This document shows positions 12,901 through 25,645 of a stretch of 64,000 nt of DNA, one piece after another. Made by a program: the position numbers and the translations under genes. The notes below the pieces were generated by a model that ran no database searches, was not told where the DNA came from, and saw nothing but the letters and a program-made list of their open reading frames with translations. This DNA is from Camelus dromedarius (taxonomy: Eukaryota): positions 63,056,001 through 63,120,000 of the forward strand of contig NC_087437.1 of the NCBI RefSeq assembly GCF_036321535.1. The letters are read 5' to 3'. Numbering within the stretch: the stretch's first letter is position 1; every line of letters starts with the position of its first letter.

Positions 12901-15900
12901 GAAAACAATTGCTCTGATTTACATTCACCAATAGTAACAGGATTGCCTTGGGACAATCTCCTTCTGAGACTCTCACTGGCAAGGCCACAGTGGCCAAGGA
13001 ATAGTGAAACATCAGACCCTGACAGCTGTGGCCGGTGGTGCAGATGGAGAAGCGCAGGAGAGAAGTGGCAGTGAGGCAGAAGGGGAGCAGGGAGGGGAGC
13101 TGAGAGAGAAGGCGGGCTCACCTCAAAGATGAACTTGGAGCTGCCAAAGTTGGTCTTCTGCTTCTGCCAGAAGTTGTCAGGCTTGATGATGAGGGCCACA
13201 TGGATCTCGGCTGGAAAGGCTTCCTGCAGCGTCTTGAGGAGGGGCTTGATGAGGTCCCACTTGGAGCCCCGCATGTCGATGATGACGGTGAAGCCACGTT
13301 TGCACACGTCCTCACTGTGGGGAGGTCAGAGGTCAGGCACCGCCACGGGGTAGCTGAGACTGTGGAGCGTGCAGTCACAAAGCATCTGGAAACCTGCATT
13401 CCTTCTAAACTGGACCAGCCTCCCAACTTCACACCAGGTCCCCTGGCCGCCTTCCAATCTGATTTGGAATGTACTGTCTCAGAAAACCTTTCTAGATGAA
13501 CCCCATCTGACCACGGGCATCTGCCATCTCCCAGCACTTAGCAAATAACTCAGCCTTCCCTGCAGTCATGTATTTGTTGAGACATTTACTGCGGTGGTAT
13601 TCATCATCGTGTTTGATTTTCTTGTCATTCTTGTTTCCCTCTTTTGTTCCTAGGATGAATTCTGTTTTTCTCCATTTGAATGCAAGCTCTCTAAAGACAT
13701 GGATGCTGCTGCCCTCAGATCTGAGACAGACAGTCCTTGGCATCACTGCTGTCCTTCCCTGGGCCCACATCCATGGCAGCCACTGGAACACTTTACCACG
13801 GAACCCAACCTGGGCCGAAGACTCTTTTTCAACAAAGGGCTCTAGGCTGATTCTATCAATTAATTAGAGATGGTACACAAGGCATTGATAACATCACTGT
13901 ATTTAAGATGTATTACTTATAGTTCAAAATGTATGCCAACTTTGAAAACATCAGGTTGCTGAGTCATGCTTCTTACACTTAGATGACTAAGTGTGGGACT
14001 GATTAGAACAGTGATGGGATCCAGGTGTCCCACGTACTTCCATGATAAGAGTCAGGGTATAAAGAGGCACATTCCAGGAAGTTAAGAGAGGGGAAACCAC
14101 TCTCGAAATCAAGGCCAGCTGAAGTGACAGTGACCCATTTGAAAACCAAAAAATAATCAGACTAAGTGAATCAAGGTGTTGCTATATAACTTACTAAGTA
14201 GCAAAGTTTATTTAAACACTTGGACTTTATAACTCCTAAGAATCAAAAGAAAAAAATGAAGGTCAAAACAGTTATAACAGCTCAGTTATAACCTATGTGT
14301 TTATTTTATAACTCAAAATAGACTTCAGTTAATTCATATGTTTATATAAATACTGTCGTAGCATTTCCTTAGAGTGTTAGGATTAATTTCCTATTCCCCA
14401 TATGGTACTCACTTAAACCAAACCACTGTGCGTGTTGCATGCCCCACAGTCTTGCACCACCACCTATCAATTGCTTGGAGCTACTGGAGGTTAAGACCAC
14501 AGTGGGGGGATTTAGGCTACAAAAGGAAACAAAATCCCATTTCAGGCTTCATTCTCAAATCTCAGCCAGTGATGAGATGTCACAGACTTTCTCCTACGAC
14601 TGTGTGACTATCTCAAGCATAAGGCAGCCTAGTTAGGCCTCCCAGTCACACAGCAAACTCCCCAGGTGAGGACACTCTTTCCATTTCTTCTTGTTGATAC
14701 AAAGGATTAGACTCTGCAAGAGGGAAGGTTGAGCCTTTTCTTTCTCCTTAAATCCTGCCTCCCAAAGGAGAGGAGTTACCTCCTCTTCTCTGACACTTAC
14801 TGAGTCAGCAAGTGGCCAGCGTCTCCCATAAATAATTCTTCCTACCTTAGTGTCTGAAAGCAATGTGACTGCTTCTTAAATTGCAGAATTTCTTTCCCAT
14901 TATAAGAAAATACCTGCTAATTATAGAAAAGTTAAAATATTCAAAAATCTATATAAGGTGCACAAATGGTAGGGATTTATAATACTCGGGCCTATTTCCT
15001 TCCAGTCTTTTTTGTGCATATAATTTTCATACTGTATAGCATTCTACCTTTCACTCTAACAGTGTTTTCTCCTATCTAAAATTTCTTTGAAACTGTTATA
15101 GTTAATGCCACACAGTCCATCTTATACCTATACCATAGCTTATTTAATCATTTTCATGATTGCTTTACAGAAGGGCACATCAACTTATTTGACCATCAGC
15201 AATGCATGAGAGGACCCTGCCTCTTACTGTATCCTCATCACTACTGGTCACCAAATTTTTAAATCTTTGCCAATTTTCTAAGGAAAATATTGCATTACAT
15301 TTAAATTTGCATTCCCTTGATTACTCTCCATTGCTTATTGGCCCATAAGAATTTCTTCTGTGACTTACCTGATCATTTCTTTTATCTGTTTTTCTATTGG
15401 GATTTAGTGACTTTTCTCACTGAGCTTAGTTTTGTTTAGCTTGACTCACATGTGCTGCATGCCACTTATGCCAGGCACTGCACAGTTATTGTGGGTCTTG
15501 CTTTTCCTTAGAGAGGACCGACTTCCTTGTTTACCTGCTCCTCAGGCTCCCTCGCTGTTACCATAATTGTGCTGACCTGAGAAATCCTGGCCTCTAACAA
15601 CAAAAAGTCAGGGTCGCGACCAGGAGCTGGAGTTTGACTCTCCCAACATCTGAATGTGGTCAGTAACAGCTTACATACTGTTAATGAATGATTTCTGACA
15701 ACTAAAAGAGAAATCAGGCACTAAGACTGTCTAGGACGATCTCACTAACCCAGGAGATGGGAAACAGGCCCAGAGGCTGAATGTTGAGAGATACCCTGAT
15801 TGGCATCTTTCTGCGAAAACAGCCTAATCTCCCAAGGCGCTCTCTGGGTTTGGCTTGAAGCAAGGAGCATACCGAGGGGAGGGCAAAGAACTTTTTACCA

Positions 15901-18900
15901 CATGCTTATTCTGTGCCAGGAACTGGGCACTCGACACATGTTATTTCATGTTATTCTCACAATGACTTATTCTCACAATGACTTGGCATGGTTATCACCG
16001 TATAAGAGATGATAAAATTGAGGTGCAGAATTTGCCCAAGGTCACATGACCAGTAAGTAAGTACCTAGCACAGAGTCAAAACCAGGACCACTGACTCCAA
16101 AGCCCACGCTCAGGGGATTGTATCACATTACACCTCACCATGTTGCCACTACGTGCGGTGTGTCCGTGACTGGGTGTGGGGGTGAGGGTCAGTGAGGAGG
16201 GCACTTGTTTAGGGAGCTCATAGGAGATGGGGAAAATTAGGGCAGGGAATCCAAGTGTATGACCTCCATTCTACAGTCTGCCAAATCACAAAATCACAGA
16301 AACAAAAGGGCATGGCATATTCAGAAAGTTCAAGTAATTCACTTTGGCTTAGGCAGGTGGGTAGGAGGCAGAGAGGGATGAGAGGGTGCTGTCTGAGTGC
16401 CTTAGAGAGCCCTATTCTGGGCTTGGACCTTCCTCTTACATACTCTCCCCCCAGGGAATTGGAAGACTTGCCACACAGAGTCCATGCTTCCCCCACCCCC
16501 TTTCTACACCAAGCTCCTTGTAGCTGAAACCCTAAAATTCTTGGCTCAAAGAGTCCTTAGCCTACTTCCTAGACCCATGTGGGCCTCTCTCTCCAGTCCA
16601 TTCCCCCACGGGTAAGCAATACCACCAGTGTGAACACCTCAGCCTACGGGGTGGCAAAGAGCTGCTGTTTACAAAGATGCGGCTAAAATGTGGACTTGGG
16701 AACTGGGGTGTCCACGAGCAGGCATGATGCCCCTGTAGTGGACGACAGAGCTGGACGGTGGGCAGAGAAAGGATGCAGCGCATAGGGCTGAAGACAGGTC
16801 TCCCTGTCCTGTCAAGTTCCAGCATGAACTCAGAGGAGCCCAACAAATCTGAATTCACAATTGGCCTCTGAGGTAGCTCTGAAGATATATCTGTCAAGGT
16901 AGAAGGGTAGAACACGTTTTATTTAACAGTTTGTTAGCTCGCTAAATTAATTTTCAATATTTAGACACAGGGTATATGGGTTTCCGTTTGTACTTCTGCC
17001 CCAGGCATCTCAATGTTAGAAGCAAGCCTTGCAGATAACAGTCAGGAGTGGAGCAGGCCTCCAATCAGAACGCGCCTTCCTTTTACCACGGCAGGAGTGC
17101 TGCATTGATCCTAAGGGCAATCAGGAATCACTAAAGGGTGCCATTTAGGGAAAAACACGGGCAGGTGATTTGGAGAGATTACCCTGCTGCTGTGCAGAGA
17201 GAGAATAAATTGGGGTCAGCCAGACAGAGAAGCAAGAGCAGAAGCAGAGAAATCACCTCCTTTGGATCTTTGCTAAGATGCCTCCCAAGTGAAGTCTTCC
17301 TCATCAAGCCTGCAGCTGTCACCTAGTACTCCCTCCCTCCCTTCCCTGAATGATTTGTCTCCTGAGCACTTATTACTATTTGGATCATACGTTTAACTTA
17401 TTCATTTATTGTCCATTTTCCATCACAGGAAAGTAACCTTAATGAGGGCAGGGATGCTTGCACTGACTTCACTGCTGGATTCCCAGCACCTACAGTGCCG
17501 GGTGTGGGCTAAGCCTCGATACACCAAGGAAGGAGAGGAGGCAGTTAAGGGTATGGAATCCAGAACCAGCATTCCTTGGTCTGAATCCTGGCTCCATCAT
17601 CTACCTATTGAGGAACCGTAGGCAAGTTACTTTTCACCTCTACGCCTCAATTTTTTCACTATGTGAATAATAGTAACTACATTCCAGGGTTATTTTAAAG
17701 GTTCAGTTTGTTAATACACATAAAGCACTTGTAACGGTGCCAGATGCGTAATCTGTACTATGTGAGTCTTAGCCACTGTAGGGGGCGCTGCTGGTGTCCC
17801 TTGCAGGGCCCCTGTATTGACCACTGGGCCCAGTCCCCAGTTCCATAAGTGCTGCAGCAATCAGCTTATGCCTGAGATCGTCTCTGGAGACTAGCCCGTG
17901 GCAGATGGGTGCACTTCTCCAGAAGACGCTTGGGCAGCTATATCCCTACCCAGGGGTGCCAAAGCTCAGACACTCTACCTCAAGGTGGATTAACTCTGAA
18001 GTGTGACTTGTGCTCCAGATCTTTCTCATTCCCCGAGTCAGCCTCCAGCAAGACTTTATCTGAGACCACATCCTTGCTCGGTTCTACCCCATCCTACTCA
18101 GCTTCTCTAACTCCCTTCTAAGTTTTCCATACAGAAAATGCCCTTCATGAATCATGTGTACCTGAATCCCTGTCTCAAGACACACAGCCACAGTCATACA
18201 TACATAAATTTCACATATATATGAAATTCTGAAGGCAATTTGAAATACAGCTTGGAGATTAAAAGAGAAATTTGGGCTGCAAATTCTGACTTGGGAATCA
18301 TCATGCTTGGCACATAGTAGGTGTGTTCAATAACATTTTCTGAATGAATAAATGTATGAATGGTGGCAGCAGATATGCACAGAAGTGGATGAGATCGCCC
18401 AATGAGAACAAGTACGATGAAAAGAACAGTCTTCTCAGTCCGGGATAGAACTGATGGGAATATCAATTTTAAGAGATGGGAGAAGAAAGTAAATGAGCCT
18501 GAGGAACAAACGCAGAGACGTTAGATAGAACCAGGAGAGGAGTGAAGTCAAAGAAATCAGGGAGGAGAGAATTTCAAGGAGGAACTACAGTGTCAAATGC
18601 TGCAGAGAGGTCATTAACTTAGGTCAGAACAATTGCATTTAGCAGCTAAGAGGCCTTGGACCCACTGGTCAGGGCAGTGTCAGTGGGGACTGGGGTAGGA
18701 ATTGGGTGGAGCAGGGAAAGAGTCTTCCTAGTTGGTCTCTGAGACGACTGGAGGATGTGTCAAAATCATCACAGGTGGCATTTGGTGCACCCCCTCCCCT
18801 GGCCCTGTCTCCCAAACAAGAAGGGTCTGTACACTGCTCTTCGGCTACCCGGAGCTTCACAGAGGCTCCCCAGCCCACCTCTTCCCCAAGCCTCCAGACC

Positions 18901-21900
18901 CCCAGACCTCTCTCCCTCTCACTCCATGTGATCAGATGGGGAGCAGCCACAGCAAACCAACTTACACCAGACTATAACAGGCAGCTGTCCTTTTCCCTTT
19001 AGGTTATTTATCTTTGAAAGGTATTTCTTAACCCAAATTCAATTTTCAGGGGCAGAATTTGCATGGTGTATGGTGAGGATGGGAACACAGAAAAGTGAAA
19101 TTTGAAGCAGCAGGCCTTCAAATCCACTAAAGAAGGGAGAGGAGAGTGAGCAACCCTTGCCCTCCCCCAAGCTCCCTGCTTTAGAGGGAGAACGCAGCCA
19201 CTGCCCCACCCGTTTCCAGACAGGGGCTGGAGACCTGGATCCATTTAGCCAGCTTCTCACCCTTTGTGATAAATTAGAGTCCCTTCCAACTGAGCTGTGA
19301 ACTGATTCACAGACGCTCAGGAGCTCTCGGGCCCAGGACATAAGTGTATAGTGAGCGGCCAGATGACTGATCAGACAGTTCTACAGCATTTACTCTTTTG
19401 TGCATTACATGTCTTTGGTGGGGGGGGGGGGGGAGGTTCACTCAGCGAGCCCATGCTGCCTCAAAACAGCATTTGCACCTCTTTATGATGATGCTTCTCA
19501 GACTTCACTGACTTTCATTATCACCTAGGACACTTGTTTTAGAGTCATGATTTAGGGGGCAGCTTTTAGATATTCTGATAAAAATCAGTCCGGGATGAGG
19601 CCCAGGAGTCTCCCCAGGTGATCTACGAATAACACGTTGACTCTCTTAGGTATGGTTTGTGAGAGTTCAGTGAAACGCACTTTGTCTAAATCAGATGAGG
19701 ACAGGCATTAATAAACAGTAGGTAACACACAACTATACAGTCAGAACAACGTTTGCAAGGTGAACCAACAGCTATGCTATACAAAAGTCGGTCAAAAATG
19801 TTAGCAGGTTTCTCTCTCCATAGCCTCATGCTCCCTCGAGTGGCGTCATTTATTGTAAGCCCTGGCTTGGGAGGAGTTCTGTCCTTGCAGTGCATTTCTC
19901 TGGTTCTTTTTGCAAAGACCAAGCTCCTCCTCTGCTGGCCTAGGGAGACTCTCCCTTAAGGGCCTGGCCGCTGCCCTCCCCATTGTAGCTGTCTGTGCTT
20001 AACCAGATGCCCACTGGAGAGCTGTCTTCCCCGGCCTCCCTCCGTACTTCTAAATTGCCATGAAATCACTAATGGAGTTCCTGCTTCTTATCATACACCT
20101 GACCTGGTAGCCTTATTTAAACTTCTGGGCAAGTTCTGGGTGTCTCTCTGGGTCCTGGTGGGTCCTGCTCACATCTGATGCCCCAGAGTCATCCTCTGAC
20201 CCACGGAGCTGTGAACTCTATAACGATGGTCCTGGGTCTGATTGGTCAGGTGCAGAAGGCCTCTATGGTGGGCGGTGAGGAACCAATGAATCAGCATGTC
20301 ACTCCTGGCCCTCTGCTGTCCTGGTGGTACCCCATGCTAACAGAGATTACAGTTTAGCAGCCCACCATTGAACCCAGGCCCCCAAAGTGTTTTATTAGGC
20401 ACAGTTGTTACTATTGTTTATAATGCTTTCAAGTGCCTTCAGGGGAAGCTTAAACTCTTCATTCTTTAAACCACTCCCAGTTCATTCCCACACTCACGTG
20501 ACCTGTCTGCTCACTGGCCTGTGGATCTGCCTCTTCTGTCACATGAGAAGACTCAAAGACCTTAGCTTGGGGAGCAGGGGGTAAGGTACCAGTGTCTCAA
20601 GCCAAGGCTTGCTCTGGGATCTGGGCAGCAGGGCAGCGTGCCTACAGATGACAACCTCAGGCCAGGGTGTGGCTTCAGGGAGCCAAGTGTCACTTCCTCC
20701 CAATCCCTGCTCCCTCAGCTCCTCCCCAGGTCCCTGGCTCACTGAAGCCCAGACCACCCTTCTGGATTCCATCCTGGCCACATCAGTGAACCACTCCCAT
20801 TACCATCTGGCTAAGGGGTCAGATTCAAATGCCACCTTCTCCCTGGGGTCTTCCCTGATCTTCCCTACTCACTCAAACAACATTTTATACACATCTCTAT
20901 TAACTTCTTTACTAGTTTCAGTTTTGTGTTAGACTTTAGCCTCTCATCCCCCTATGCCATTGTGCTTGCCCACCCCAACTCCATCTTTGCCTAGAAAACG
21001 TCTACTCATATTTCAATGCTCAACTCACATGCCTCTTCCTCCAGGAAGTCCTCTCTTACTGTTAGACCCCTCCCCATCCCACTCCATCCCCTCTGGGATA
21101 AGCGCTCTTCCCATGCATTGCCATAACTGTGTGCTTACTCTACGTGACAGAGGTCATATGTGGGGTAACTACAGCCAGGCTCTGTCTGATCAACTTCTGT
21201 ATCCCTTACAGAGATTTATATGGCTTCAAAATGGGAACCTAGTTATGAAGGGGCTTCATAAATAATATGGTATCATATAAATATACCATATTACCTATTA
21301 ATTCATTAATTTATTGAACTAGCAAATATTTATTGAGCACTTACTTTGTGGCTGGCCTGATGCTAGGCACTAGGGATACAGATGTGGATAAGACAGAAAC
21401 ATGGTTACATTCTAGGGGGAGAGATGGACACAAGATATTAGCTAGATAAATAGTATAAATGCAAACCACGCTAAGTCTTAACAACTTATCAGGTGGTCAG
21501 AATAGGCCACTGTGAGTAGCTGACATTTAAGCAGAGACCAAAACTATGAGAAGGAGCTAGTTAAGGGAACACTGTAGAAAGAATAATGCAGGCAGAGGGA
21601 ACAGTCTGTGCAAAGGCCCTGAGGTGGAGAAGAAGCTGTGTGGGGGCTGACAGGAAGGAAGCAGAAGACCAGCAGTCAGATCTGGGCTCTAAATCTGGAG
21701 GAGCTCAAAACCTTAAGCTGAAGACAAATAGAAAATGAGAGCCAAACTCCTGAAACTTGGAGCAGCTGTTTTTGATAAAAATAGGACATACACACATATT
21801 AATGACAAAAGCTAATTTTATTGAGCACATGAGAATCTATGTCTGCTAAGGGTTTTATAAGCATTTTATTTATTCCTCACATGAAACTCACAAGCAGCTG

Positions 21901-24900
21901 CTATTTTTACCCTGCCCTACAGTTAAGGAAACTGAAGCCCAGGGAGGTTAAGTAACTTGCTCAAGTCACCAGAAAGAGGTAAAATCATATTTGAATCCGG
22001 TCTGTTTGATTCCTGGATCTGTTGTCCTACTTTGCCTCAGAGAGACACTTGAACCTGAAGGAACTTAAATGCTTACTCATGCTAATCCTTCATTTCAGAG
22101 CCAAGGGCAACAAGTTCCAGAGCAGGGAAGTGACCTCCCTCACAGTTGGGTAGGTGTTTTGGCCATTTGGGCCAGACATCCAGGTGTCAATCTCCCTGCT
22201 TCAGGTCTTCTATTAAGCCATGCAAACTCTGAAACTGGGAGGAAGAAAAGTCCTTCCAGATGTTAAGTAATCTGGTTTGAAGGCCCAGGGTATCCTGTGT
22301 CGAGGACCAAAGCCCCTTCCCAATGAGTGAGGACCATCTCACTCATGGTTGCACTGTGCTCTGGCAGCAGAGAGACAGCCTGACTCCATTGCCCCAGCTC
22401 CTGTGATCCCCCCTGAGGTTCACCCCATATCTCTGAACATCTGGCAGATTCTCACTCAAAACACCTGTCAGAATAAATGTAACATTGATTCTTCCTGGTG
22501 GCAGGTGGGGGAGCAGAGACTGGCAATGAGCACCATGCCAGCAGATCAGGCGAGGGGGCAGCAAAGGATCCTGCTTAGTGGGTGCTGCTGGGGGCTGTTT
22601 CGTTGGTGCTAGTTGCAGGGAACAGGGTGTCAGCAGTGTGGGGTGTCAGAATCCTAGTGTGGGAGCCCAAGAAGGCCCAGCACTTGGACTGTGATGGAGC
22701 AGAAGTAGCTTTCAAAGCAGACTGAGTCACTAAGTAGTCCAGGGAAAGAGACAAATTAAATACTGGGGTAGAGGGCTGGACTGGCCACTGAGGAGTAGGC
22801 AGGGGACGGGAAGGCTAAGACAGGACTTCCCTGCCACACACAGCTCTGGCCCCACAGGAGCAAGTGGGACCCGCAATGCAGGATGACCTGGATGGTCAGT
22901 CCTACCACGGTGCACAGACAGCTCACCACGAGTAGACAGAAACCAGCAAACGGCAGAAGGAAGAGTAGCCCCAAGATGTCACCTAATTCACACTCTCCCC
23001 AGGACTGTGCTGTACCCATGCCTCCCTGAAATCACTTTATGAGCTGAATTCTCCACTCAGAATTTGAGGAACAAGAAAGGCCCTTGGAGTTCCGATGAAA
23101 GAACGGTTCCCCTGGCCCGTTTGTGCCCGAGTTCTCCTGCCATTCTCAGGCTGCAGAGTCCCAGATTTTGTTTCAGTCCCGCACACCTATGTGGCTTAAC
23201 CTGCTTTCTGCTCCTTAGTGCTGCTGTCATAGCGGCTCTATGCTGACTGCCCCAAACCACACTACACCCACTTTCTTCAACAACCAGAAATCAGCAGGTG
23301 TAAAGAAAAGTGTTAAAGACACATTAGCACCTGCTTTAAGCTTTCTCATTGGTATAATCAGAAGCAGTAAAAACACTGGAGGAGGCTGTGCCTCCTCGAG
23401 AAATGAGCCACTCTCAAGGAATGTTGTGTCTGAGTGTTCTGTCACCCAGACAGTCCTCAAGCTCTTCCTGCACAATGTGGCAGGCTCCTGAATGGCCAAA
23501 TGTCTGAAGGAGGAGAGGGGAGCCCCCCCTGCCTCCCATGTACCTCTCTTGGCAGGCTCACAGGTAGCTGTCCACCATCAGCAGGTTTCCTGTCATGATG
23601 TGATTCAGCTGCCATGAAGGCCACTTCAGGATCTATGTTAATCCATCCAGAGGTTCTGTTTCTTGTTTTTTTGTTTTGTTTTGTTTTGCTTTGCTCTGTC
23701 CATTTTTCCAGGTCATGATTATTCCAAAGAATTTGTGTCTTTTCTACCCATTTAACAACTCATCTTTTGCCTCTGCACCTCTGATCTGTGATGCCAGGAC
23801 TTGGGGGGACAAAGGCCAAAGGTGATCATTTATCCTAAATTGAAGCCTCAATCCCCTCTCTGTAAAGTGAGGAGACTCTGACTAATGGGTCTGGGGTTTG
23901 GGCTCAGTAGTATTCAGAAGTTCCCCGTGATTTGGCTGCACAGCCGTGGTGAGGTACTACCAGTGCTACTAGGTACCAGGTCTAGGAACTCCCCGTTGCT
24001 CATGCCCCACCCTCAACTTTACCAGAAGCAAAACCAACTCCTGCCCAGACAGAGTCCCAGGGAGACCTTGCAATGGAGTTCAAATGAAAAAGGTTTATGT
24101 TTTCCACCTCTTTGAAATCAGCTAACTAATTCCACCCAAATGAAGCTATTTGAAAAAACAAACAAACAAAAGACTCTGATTGCAACTGTGCTGGGGGCAG
24201 GGATGTGGCTGACTCTCTTTTTCATCCCTGGATAGGGTGAGGTGAAGACTCAGACCCCAAGATTACTCCCTGTATCCCGAAGTGTGGCCGCAAAGTGACA
24301 GGTCCAGTGGCCTAAAAAACACAGGAGGACCTCTGCATCCACATACTGACGTGTCCTCAATGCCATCTTTTAACAAAACACTTTCTAAAAACCAAGAACC
24401 AAAAAAGCTGAGAAGCACAAACATCTGCCATCCTGCAGAGAGTCAAAGGAGCATGCCACAGGTTGGAGGGAGCTCCCAAAGAGAGTTCCAGAAATGGGCC
24501 GGGTGACAGCAGGACCAAGGCAAAAGGATGCATCCTTCCAAAGGAATTTTCCCACTGAGGCCAGCTTGGGCAGCTGCATATAAACCCTGGTGTGTGTTAA
24601 TCCACCAGGTCATTACCTTACAGTCTCGTGGCCTCTGAAACACAACGTCCATTCACCAAAAGAGGTGACCACTTTCTAGGCCAGACTGGTCTGGGCCAGA
24701 GTGCTTGGAAGGAGCTACTCTCAGGAGAAAAAGAGCTTGGAAACTCAGGAGGAGGACAGAACCACTGCTTCTGGAAATCTGGGGCTGGCTGCCGGAGGGC
24801 AGGTGGCAGAGGGGTGTGTTCAGAGGCATGGGATGGAAACTGACACATCCATTTCCCAACAGCAACCTCCTGTCTTATTTCGCAGCCTCCTTTCCTATTT

Positions 24901-25601
24901 CCCACCCTCCTTCACAGAGCTGTAGGTTCCTTCCTTCTAGCGTATTCAGAACATGAAGCAGAAATGAAATGGAAACCAAAGCAGCGAGGGAAAGAAAGAA
25001 CGAACGGAAACCAAAAACCACAACCTCTCCACACAGCCCTTCCCCAGGCTGAGTGAAAAACTAAGTCATCTTTTTTAACTTAAAAATATGTCATTATAAT
25101 CACTGCTCATACATGTGTGAGTAGCGGACCAAAAATTGAATCCACATTCCAAAGACTATAACCTGTCTAACCACAGTGTCTCAGTCACCCCAACTGTAAG
25201 CCACAGGAACATTTAAGCCACTTTTCCAAAATGGGGAGGCAGAGAAGAGGGAAGGCAGCTGACCCAAGAGAGGCTGCAATGGTGTGGCGTGTGCTGGCTC
25301 CGCCCTCAGAGCAGTGCCTCCTCTTTGTTGGCTGCATCCCTGTTGTCCTCACCACCTTTCTCTTTCTCTCACCACACCCTCACCTCTCCTTGCTCTCTCC
25401 CGGGGATGCCCCCACTCTCCAGCTGGGCTCCGGTTTCCTGGCTGGGCAGGTGGAATCCTCATTAATAAACCACACATTTCCTCTAGGAAACAATCTTTGG
25501 TCCAAACTGCCACACACACCTCCACTCCTCCCCTCCTCCTCCTCCTCCTTAAGTAACAATCACTTACGTGAAAGCCTGAGGCCATGTGCCTGTGCGCACA
25601 A

Positions 25602-25645
<44 letters not shown>

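Noticed and set aside
12888..13121. C-terminal extension VSPPSLSAP... of ORF 12888..13307
   Set aside because: Intron read-through past the exon 4 donor GAG|gtgagc.
19420..19433. G14 homopolymer (and a G-rich tract at ~157-250) as G-quadruplexes
   Set aside because: Common in mammalian introns; nothing links them to function here.
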